A DNA stretch of 64,000 nt from an uncultured Acidobacteriota bacterium (GTDB lineage: Bacteria > Acidobacteriota > JAQAZP01): contig CAWIIB010000009.1 in assembly GCA_963836075.1 (NCBI GenBank), positions 3,392,001-3,456,000 on the forward strand, in the 5' to 3' direction. The notes beneath the pieces are model-generated. The model had not been told where the DNA came from, did no database searches, and saw nothing but the letters and a program-made list of their open reading frames with translations. Made by a program: the position numbers and the translations under genes. The number at the start of each line of letters is the position of its first letter. Within the stretch, counting starts at the first letter, position 1. This document shows positions 56,854 to 64,000 of the stretch, piece by piece.

Positions 56854-58557
56854 ATGCTCGTTCGGCTCACAGTAGACAACCTGGCGATCATCAGCGAGGC
56901 CGATGTGCGCTTCGCCCCGGGGCTGAACGTGATCACCGGTGAGACCGGCGCCGGCAAGTCGATCCTGATGAATGCCCTGGGCTTGCTCACCGGCGGCCGG
57001 GCTCACCGTGACCTGATCCGCACCGGTGAGGGGTCACTGCAGGTGGAGGGGCGGTTCCAGGCCGACAGTTCTCCGGAACTGGGCCCGGAACTGCAGGCGC
57101 TGGGACTGGCTGAAAACGATGGCCTGCTGGAGATCCAGCGGTCGTACACCGCGGCGGGTCGGGGCCGCATACGGGTCGGCGGCCGTCCATGTCCGGCCAG
57201 TGCCTTGCGGCGGATCGGCCGCATCCTGGTTGAGATCCTCGGCCAGCATGACCACCGGTTGCTGCTGGATGTCGATGCGCACCGCGGCCTGCTGGACGAG
57301 TTCGGCGGGCACGGCGACCTGCTGGACAGCTGTGCCGCCGCCCACCAGGAACTGGAGTCGGTGACGGCGCGGCTGCGGTCGCGGCGAATGGACCAGCAGG
57401 AGAAAGCCCGGCGGATCGACTCCCTCACTTTCCAGATCGGCGAGATCGAAGCGCTGCGGCCGCTGCCCAACGAGGACGTGGCCCTGCGTGAAGAAAAGAG
57501 GATCCTGGCCCATGCCGAAGAGCTCAGCCAGCTCTCCCGCGAATCCCACGCCATCCTCGATAACGAGGAGTCCGGGATGCTGGCCGGGCTGGTGCGGGTG
57601 GAGCGGAACCTGCAGCGGCTGGCCGAGATCGACGAAGGGACCAGCGCCCTGGCCGGGCAGTGTTCGGCCCAGCGCCTGGAACTGGAGGACCTGGCGGCTA
57701 CCCTCGGCGACTACGCCCGGGAGAGCGAGTTCGACCCCAACCGGTTGGCCGAGGTGGAGGAACGGCTCTACCAACTGGAGGGGGTGAAGAAAAAATACGG
57801 GCCGGAGCTGACCGACGTGTTGGCGTTCCTCGACACAGCCCGTGATGAACTGGCCTCGCTGCTGCGCCAGGAGGAAGAGGGCGCCGGGCTGGAAGAGCTG
57901 CTGGCCGAGGTCGCCGGGAGGTTTGCCGGCCAGGCAGCCAGGTTGAGCGCCGCACGCACCCGGCAGGCCAGGCGTCTGGAAGAGTCGATGCAGCAGGAAC
58001 TGGCCGGGCTGGCCATGGAAAAGGCTGTCTTTCGGGTGCGGATGTGGCAGGATGAGGAGGTGGCATCGCCGGTGGTGCTGGGCGGCCGGGCGGTGGGCTA
58101 CGACCGGGGCGGGGTGGACCATGCGGAGTTTCTCATCTCCACCAACCCCGGTGAGGAGCCGCGGCCCCTGGCCCGCGTCGCCTCCGGCGGCGAACTGTCC
58201 CGGATCATGCTCGCCCTGCGCAACGTGGCCCGCCCGGAGGCCAGTTCAGGCCGGGTGCTGGTCTTCGACGAGGTTGATGCCGGTATCGGTGGCCGGGTGG
58301 CGCGGGTGGTGGGGCAGAAGCTGAAGGCCATTGCCGGGAAGGACCAGGTGATCTGCATCACCCACCTGCCGCAGATCTGCGCCGTGGCCGACCACCACCT
58401 GGCGGTGCGCAAGTTTGAAAGGTCCGGCCGCACGGTGGTGCAGGTGGAACCGCTGGAGGGCCGGGCGCGTCTCGAGGAGATTGCCCGGATGCTCGGCGGC
58501 GAGGAAACCCCGTCGGCGGAAGTGCTTGAATCGGCCCAGCGGCTGATGGAGGGTTGA
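56854..58557 (+). CDS. recN: DNA repair protein RecN
   Basis: Motifs ITGETGAGKS, coiled coil, ASGGELSRIMLAL, VFDEVDAGIGG and ICITHLPQ. Confidence 0.96.
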   Translation: MLVRLTVDNLAIISEADVRFAPGLNVITGETGAGKSILMNALGLLTGGRAHRDLIRTGEGSLQVEGRFQADSSPELGPELQALGLAENDGLLEIQRSYTAAGRGRIRVGGRPCPASALRRIGRILVEILGQHDHRLLLDVDAHRGLLDEFGGHGDLLDSCAAAHQELESVTARLRSRRMDQQEKARRIDSLTFQIGEIEALRPLPNEDVALREEKRILAHAEELSQLSRESHAILDNEESGMLAGLVRVERNLQRLAEIDEGTSALAGQCSAQRLELEDLAATLGDYARESEFDPNRLAEVEERLYQLEGVKKKYGPELTDVLAFLDTARDELASLLRQEEEGAGLEELLAEVAGRFAGQAARLSAARTRQARRLEESMQQELAGLAMEKAVFRVRMWQDEEVASPVVLGGRAVGYDRGGVDHAEFLISTNPGEEPRPLARVASGGELSRIMLALRNVARPEASSGRVLVFDEVDAGIGGRVARVVGQKLKAIAGKDQVICITHLPQICAVADHHLAVRKFERSGRTVVQVEPLEGRARLEEIARMLGGEETPSAEVLESAQRLMEG

Positions 58558-58575
58558 CAACGTGGAGATATCCCG

Positions 58576-59097
58576 ATGAAGAAGAAAATCGCCGTCTATG
58601 CCGGCACCTTTGATCCCCTGACCCTCGGCCACCTCGATATCATCCAGCGCAGCCGGCTGATCTTCGACGAGATGGTGGTGGCCCTGCTGAGCAACCCGGG
58701 CAAGGAACCGTTGTTCTCCGTGGAGGAGCGCCGTTCGATGATCGCCGAGTCGTGCGCCACCATGCCCAACGTCCGGGTGGAGGCCTTTGACGGCCTGCTG
58801 GTGGATTTTGCCCGTCAGATGGGGGCCGGGGTGATCATCCGCGGCATTCGCGCGGTGAGCGACTACGAGTACGAATTGCAGATGGCCCTGATGAACCGCA
58901 AGCTGGATGAAACCATCGAGACCATTTTCATGCTGCCGGGAGAGATGTACAACTTTGTCAGTTCCCGGCTGGTCAAGGAGGTGGCATCCCTGGGCGGCAG
59001 CGTGGAGGGCTTGATGCCGCCGCACATCGAGAAGCTGCTTCTCGAGCGGATTCCCGCCTGGAAGGAGAAGAGTTCGCGCCAGGACGACCTGCTGTGA
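58576..59097 (+). CDS. coaD: Phosphopantetheine adenylyltransferase
   Basis: Motifs YAGTFDPLTLGHLDII, IRGIRAVSDYEYE and VSSRLVKE. Confidence 0.97.
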   Translation: MKKKIAVYAGTFDPLTLGHLDIIQRSRLIFDEMVVALLSNPGKEPLFSVEERRSMIAESCATMPNVRVEAFDGLLVDFARQMGAGVIIRGIRAVSDYEYELQMALMNRKLDETIETIFMLPGEMYNFVSSRLVKEVASLGGSVEGLMPPHIEKLLLERIPAWKEKSSRQDDLL

Positions 59098-59118
59098 TCT
59101 GAACCGGGGAGACCGACC

Positions 59119-60435
59119 ATGGGGTCAGCACTGCCGGACAGCCTGCCCTTCGGATCGGGGAAGATGCCGTTCACTGCCGACCCCCGGTATCACTGGCAGG
59201 AGCTGCGGCCCCTGGCCGAAGCGCCGGGCATGGTTTCCGGCGATCCCGATCTCCTGGTCCGCCGGGCGCTGGATGCTCCGCTGGGCTCCATGCCGGTGGA
59301 ACAGCTGGAGCAGGTGACCGGGCGGGTGGCCATTGTGGTCCCCGACGCAACACGCGCTGCCGCTGTTGATCAGATCCTTCCGCCGCTGCTGCAACGGCTG
59401 CTGGCCGCCGGCGCCGATTCTGGACAGGTCACCATCCTCTTTGCCACCGGCATCCACCGCCCGGTCACTGCCGCCGAACAGGCGGCGATCCTCGGCGCGG
59501 AGATCGCGGGCCGCTACCGTCTGGTGAACCATGTTTCGGATCACCGGGGAGACTTTGTCACCGTGGGCAGTTCATCTGCCGGCACGGCCATCCGTCTGAA
59601 CCGGCTGCTGGTGGAGTCCGACCTGAAAATTCTGCTGGGTGCGGTGGGTCTGCACTATTTCGCCGGATTCACCGGAGGCCGCAAGGCGGTGCTTCCGGGC
59701 CTGGCCCACCGCGATACCATCTTTGCCAACCACCTCAAGGTGCTGGGCGGGGACGAGGGGCTGCGCCACCCCGGGGTGGGGCCGGCGCGGCTGGACGGCA
59801 ACCCGGTGCACCGGGAAATGGAGGAGGCGGCGCAACTGGCGGGGATCGACTTCATCGTCAACACCATCCTCGATGACCAGGGCCGGGTGGCCGAAGTCTT
59901 TGCCGGCCACTGGCAGGAAGCGCACCGGGCGGCCTGCGAGCGGGTGCGGCTCACCCGCACGGTGGCCATCGATGCCAGACGGCCCCTGGTTGTGGCTTCG
60001 GCCGGCGGCCACCCCAAGGACATCAATATGATCCAGGCCCACAAGGCGATGGAATACTCGGTCGCGGCACTGGAGGAGGGCGGGGTGCTGCTGCTGGCCG
60101 CCGCCTGTGGCGAGGGGCCGGGTCATCCCGATTTTTTCCCCTGGTTCGCCCTGCGGCATGACGTGGAGCAGATGGCTTCGAGGCTGCGGGAGAACTACCA
60201 GGTCTATGGCCAGACGGCCCTGGCCCTCACCGCCAAGGCCCGCCGCTTCCGGGTGGGACTGGTCAGCGGGATGCCCGCGGAGACGGTGGAAGCCATGGGG
60301 ATGACACCGCTGGTTTCGCTGGACCAGGGGCTCCGCTGGGCCAGCGGTTTTCTCCCCGATGGCTCGCCGGCCTGGGTCATCCCCCATGCCGGAGCGGTCC
60401 TTCCGGTGGTGGGGCAGAAGGAAATGGAGGCCTGA
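59119..60435 (+). CDS. larA: Nickel-pincer-dependent lactate racemase (LarA) family epimerase
   Basis: Motifs VPDATR, ATGIHR, VNH, HYFAGFTGGRKAVLPG, ANH and GGHPKDINMIQAHK. Confidence 0.8.
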   Translation: MGSALPDSLPFGSGKMPFTADPRYHWQELRPLAEAPGMVSGDPDLLVRRALDAPLGSMPVEQLEQVTGRVAIVVPDATRAAAVDQILPPLLQRLLAAGADSGQVTILFATGIHRPVTAAEQAAILGAEIAGRYRLVNHVSDHRGDFVTVGSSSAGTAIRLNRLLVESDLKILLGAVGLHYFAGFTGGRKAVLPGLAHRDTIFANHLKVLGGDEGLRHPGVGPARLDGNPVHREMEEAAQLAGIDFIVNTILDDQGRVAEVFAGHWQEAHRAACERVRLTRTVAIDARRPLVVASAGGHPKDINMIQAHKAMEYSVAALEEGGVLLLAAACGEGPGHPDFFPWFALRHDVEQMASRLRENYQVYGQTALALTAKARRFRVGLVSGMPAETVEAMGMTPLVSLDQGLRWASGFLPDGSPAWVIPHAGAVLPVVGQKEMEA

Positions 60436-60439
60436 CGCG

Positions 60440-62374
60440 ATGTGCGGAATCTGCGGCATCATCTCCCGCCGGGTCACCGAAGAGGAAGCCCGGCAGGTGG
60501 TCCCGGGCATGGTGAAAATGCTCCGGCACCGCGGCCCGGATGAGGAGGGCTTCAAGTTCTTTCCCGGCGCCGCCCTGGGCCACTCCCGGCTGAGCATCAT
60601 CGACCTCTCCACCGGCCAGCAGCCGCTGTCCAACGAGGACGGCACCATCTGGGTGGTCTTCAATGGCGAGATCTTCAACTACATCGAACTCCGGGAGGAG
60701 CTGGTGGGGAAGGGGCACACCTTCCGCACCAGCTCGGACACCGAGGTGCTGGTGCACCTCTACGAGGAGGAAGGCGACGACTTCCTCCAGAAGCTCAACG
60801 GACAGTTCGCCATCGCGCTCTGGGACGCTCCCCGGCAGCGGATGCTGCTGGCCCGGGACCGCTTCGGCATCTGCCCCCTCTTCACCTGCCGTCACGGCGG
60901 CCGGCTCTATTTCGCTTCGGAGATCAAGGCATTTCTGGCCATCCCCGGCCTCTCGCTGAACATCGACCCCCAGGCGCTGGACCAGGTCTTCACCCTCTGG
61001 ACCGTGTTGCCGCGCAAGACCATCTTCAGCGAGGTGCGCACCCTGCCCGCCGGCCACCTGCTGGTGGTGCGCCAGGGGCGGCGTGAGCTGAAGCGTTACT
61101 GGGACCTCCGCTTCCCCGGTCGTGACGACTTCGCCGACCTTTCACTGGACGAGGTCAGCGGGACGATCCACGAGATGGTCAAGGACGCGGTGCGCATCCG
61201 GCTGCGGGCCGACGTGCCGGTGGGCGGCTACCTCAGCGGCGGCCTCGACTCGTCGATCATCGCGTCCTCGGTGCGCCACTTCACCGACACGCCGCTGGAG
61301 ACGTTTTCCATCGCTTTTTCCGACCCCCGGTATGACGAGTCGCCATACCAGGAGCAGGTGGCCGCGCACCTCGGCACCAGGCACAACGTGGTGCGCATCG
61401 CTTACGACGACGTGGGGCGGAGTTTCCCCCGGGTGATCTGGCACGGTGAAAAACCGGTGCTCCGCGCTGCCCCGGCGCCGATGTTCCTGCTCTCCCGTCT
61501 GGTGCGCCAGCGGGACTTCAAGGTGGTGCTCACCGGGGAAGGGGCGGACGAGCTGTTCGCCGGCTACGACATCTTCAAGGAGAGCAAGGTGCGACGTTTC
61601 TGGGCCCGGCAGCCCGACTCGGCCTGGCGCTACCTGCTGCTGCAGCGGCTCTATCCCCATGCGCAGATCGACCTGAAAAAGGGCGGGGGGATGTTCGTCG
61701 CCTTCTACCGTCGCGGCCTCGAGGAGACCGGCGACTTCGGCTACTCCCACCGGACCACCTGGAACAACACTGCCGCGATCAAGATGTTTCTCAATGCCGA
61801 CCTGCGGGACGAGCTTGATGGCTACGACTGCACCGAAGAGATCGAGTACTCGCTGCCCGCCGATTTCCGGCGCTGGCACCCGCTGAACCAGGCGCAGTAC
61901 CTGGAGTGCCGCTTGCTGCTCTCCGAGTATCTGCTGAACAGCCAGGGCGAACGGATGGCCATGGCCCATTCGGTGGAGGGCCGCTTCCCCTTCCTCGACC
62001 ACCGGCTGGCCGAGTATGCCGCCACCATCCCCCCCAGGCTGAAGATCCGCGGCCTCAACGAGAAATACGCATTGAAAAAAGCCTTTGTCGGCCTGCTCCC
62101 CGAGGAGATCACCGCGCGGAACAAGCAGCCCTACGGCGCGCCGAACAAGGAGAGTTTCTTCACCGACCCGCTGCCCGGCTACCTGGAAGAGGACCTCTCG
62201 CCGGAAGCGGTGAAGCGGGCCGGGCTCTTCGAGCCGGCGGCGGTGGAACGGCTGCTGAAGAAGTGCTCGGTGGGCAAGGCCGCCGGCTTTCGCGACAACG
62301 CGGCCTTCCTCGGCATCCTCTCCACCCAGATCCTCCACCGGCTCTTCGTGGAGCGGAAGTTCGAGGATATCTGA
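60440..62374 (+). CDS. asnB: Asparagine synthase (glutamine-hydrolysing) family amidotransferase
   Basis: Motifs MCGICG, HRGPD, RLSIID, FNGEIFNY, LSGGLDSS, GEGADELFAGY and EGRFPFLD. Confidence 0.93.
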   Translation: MCGICGIISRRVTEEEARQVVPGMVKMLRHRGPDEEGFKFFPGAALGHSRLSIIDLSTGQQPLSNEDGTIWVVFNGEIFNYIELREELVGKGHTFRTSSDTEVLVHLYEEEGDDFLQKLNGQFAIALWDAPRQRMLLARDRFGICPLFTCRHGGRLYFASEIKAFLAIPGLSLNIDPQALDQVFTLWTVLPRKTIFSEVRTLPAGHLLVVRQGRRELKRYWDLRFPGRDDFADLSLDEVSGTIHEMVKDAVRIRLRADVPVGGYLSGGLDSSIIASSVRHFTDTPLETFSIAFSDPRYDESPYQEQVAAHLGTRHNVVRIAYDDVGRSFPRVIWHGEKPVLRAAPAPMFLLSRLVRQRDFKVVLTGEGADELFAGYDIFKESKVRRFWARQPDSAWRYLLLQRLYPHAQIDLKKGGGMFVAFYRRGLEETGDFGYSHRTTWNNTAAIKMFLNADLRDELDGYDCTEEIEYSLPADFRRWHPLNQAQYLECRLLLSEYLLNSQGERMAMAHSVEGRFPFLDHRLAEYAATIPPRLKIRGLNEKYALKKAFVGLLPEEITARNKQPYGAPNKESFFTDPLPGYLEEDLSPEAVKRAGLFEPAAVERLLKKCSVGKAAGFRDNAAFLGILSTQILHRLFVERKFEDI

Positions 62375-62475
62375 GATTTTCAGCTTGGCCTTTCATCCAT
62401 AATCGTCTAAAATCATGCACGATATCCCATTGTAGACAATACACTGATATTCCAGACAACCTTCAAGGAGGAAAA

Positions 62476-63060
62476 ATGCCTTCACTACGTCTGTTTGGTG
62501 TTGTGCTCCTGCTTCTAGCTTTGCCTTTCACCGTGGCTCTGGCCGAAGAGAATGACCCCGGGAAATACGAGGAGGCAAGAACGGTCTTCGTCAATGCCGG
62601 TGAGAGCGGCCACTACTTTGACAACTGCTACGGCTATGCCCTCTTTCCCACCATCGGCAAGGGCGGCATGGGGATCGGCGGCGCCCACGGCGAGGGCCGG
62701 GTCTATGTCGGTGGCAAGCATGTGGGGAATACCAAGATGAGCCAACTGAGCATCGGCTTCCAGTTCGGCGGCCAGGCTTACAGCCAGATCATCTTTTTCG
62801 AGGACAAGAGGGCTTTCGACGAGTTTACCAGCGGTAATTTTGAGTTCGGCGCCCAGGCCACAGCGGTGGCCATTACGGCCGGCGCCTCGGCCACGTCCTC
62901 CACGGCGGGCGGCGCTTCCGCCGGCGCCAGCGGTGGAAAGAACGATGCCACCACCACCGGCAATTACCACAAGGGGATGGCGGTCTTCACCGTGGCCAAG
63001 GGCGGCCTGATGTACGAGGCGACCATCGGCGGGCAGAAGTTCAAATACAAGGCAAAATAG
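62476..63060 (+). CDS. Ysc84/SYLF-like lipid-binding domain protein (copy 1)
   Basis: RBS AAGGAGG, signal peptide, and motifs YGYALFPTIGKGG, GFQFGGQAYSQIIFF and AKGGLMYEATIGGQKF. Confidence 0.85.
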   Translation: MPSLRLFGVVLLLLALPFTVALAEENDPGKYEEARTVFVNAGESGHYFDNCYGYALFPTIGKGGMGIGGAHGEGRVYVGGKHVGNTKMSQLSIGFQFGGQAYSQIIFFEDKRAFDEFTSGNFEFGAQATAVAITAGASATSSTAGGASAGASGGKNDATTTGNYHKGMAVFTVAKGGLMYEATIGGQKFKYKAK

Positions 63061-63153
63061 CTCTTATATTTTGAGTTTTTTGCTCCACGAGAACAGCGAG
63101 TTGATCTCTTCGGTGTCCAGCAGAAACGTTTCAACAACCGTCAAGGAGAAAAA

Positions 63154-63738
63154 ATGCGTCTATTCATTCGTCTTTCGGTGATCTTCCTGGTTTTGGCATT
63201 GCCCTTCACCGTGGTCCTGGCCGAAGATGACGACCCCGGGAAGTATGAGGAGACAAAAACGATCTTCATCAATGCCGGGCAGAGCGGTACTTTCTTCGAA
63301 AACTGTTATGGCTATGCCCTGTTTCCCACAATCGGTAAGGGCGGTTTGATTGTTGGAGGTGCCCATGGCAAGGGCCGGGTCTATGTGGATGGCAAACATG
63401 TCGGAGACACCACGATGGACCAGATGACGATTGGTCTTCAGGCCGGCGGAGAGGCGTTCAGCCAGATCATCTTCTTCCAGGACAAGCGTGCTTTCGACGA
63501 GTTCGCCAGCGGCAGTTTCGAGTTCGGTGCCCAGGCCAAGGCGGTGGCCATCACCTCCGGCGCTGCGGCCGGATCCTCGACAGGCGGCGGAGGAACCGCC
63601 GGGGCCAGCGGCGGAAAGAATGATGCGGTCACCGCCGGCGACTATCACAAGGGTATGGCTATCTTCACCGTGGCCAAGGGCGGGCTGCTCTTTGAAGCCA
63701 GTATCGGTGGGCAGCAGTTTACATATACCGCCAAGTAG
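63154..63738 (+). CDS. Ysc84/SYLF-like lipid-binding domain protein (copy 2, tandem paralog)
   Basis: Same motifs as the upstream gene and collinear with it over the whole length. Confidence 0.85.
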   Translation: MRLFIRLSVIFLVLALPFTVVLAEDDDPGKYEETKTIFINAGQSGTFFENCYGYALFPTIGKGGLIVGGAHGKGRVYVDGKHVGDTTMDQMTIGLQAGGEAFSQIIFFQDKRAFDEFASGSFEFGAQAKAVAITSGAAAGSSTGGGGTAGASGGKNDAVTAGDYHKGMAIFTVAKGGLLFEASIGGQQFTYTAK

Positions 63739-63874
63739 TATCGCCTCTGTTCCCGCTGGGGACGACGGTTATATCGTTTCCAGCGGGGGCCGCGCCAGGC
63801 TCGAGTATCGGGTCGCCACTTTCTGAATGATTCTCTTGGTCATAGATCCCGGTGCCCCAATGTGAGGTGACCAG

Positions 63875-64000
63875 GTGCCTCTGCTCGTATCCGTGGTTGT
63901 GCCCTTCCTTAACGAGCTTGAAAACGTGGAGCCGCTGGTGCGGCAGGTGGGCGAGGTCTTTGCCGGTCTTCCGGACTGGGACCATGAACTGATCCTGGTG
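63875..64000 (+). CDS. GT2 glycosyltransferase, N-terminal fragment (runs off the window)
   Basis: Manual translation from GTG at 63875 gives MPLLVSVVVPFLNELENVEPLVRQVGEVF...HELILV, the typical GT2 'SVVVP.xNE..N' start. Confidence 0.75.
   Translation, partial: MPLLVSVVVPFLNELENVEPLVRQVGEVFAGLPDWDHELILV

Overview
A 64-kb, mostly high-GC bacterial chromosomal segment. The gene content suggests an uncultured diderm, possibly Acidobacteriota-like, but that is inference only. Recognisable content in order: a partial MgtC/DUF4010 membrane protein; a Mo-bisPGD oxidoreductase with a fused Fe-S/membrane-anchor partner; a Phe/Tyr catabolic operon (phhB-hppD-fumarylacetoacetate hydrolase-hmgA-flavin reductase-phhA); several secreted beta-propeller proteins; a CDF transporter, GGDEF protein, GH13, class D beta-lactamase-like protein, serpin, GT-C-like membrane protein, divergent Rho and YchF, and an MltD-like transglycosylase; a lower-GC block (~29-35.4 kb) with two large secreted proteins; S9 and TraB/GumN peptidases; a 1527-aa acyl-CoA ligase/GNAT fusion; a heme operon (hemE-N-H-G/Y-A) bracketed by REP-like palindromes; a two-component system; an arylsulfotransferase; recN-coaD-larA-like-asnB; tandem Ysc84-like genes; and a partial GT2. 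No rRNA, tRNA, CRISPR array, transposase or integrase was seen. Six single-base frameshifts, mostly at C/G runs, look like assembly indels. Most notable: (1) two unrelated secreted proteins end in the same ~110-aa C-terminal domain that I cannot assign, the pattern expected of a lineage-specific protein sorting/anchoring system; (2) the giant adenylation-(pseudokinase?)-GNAT enzyme lies directly downstream of a flippase-like gene.
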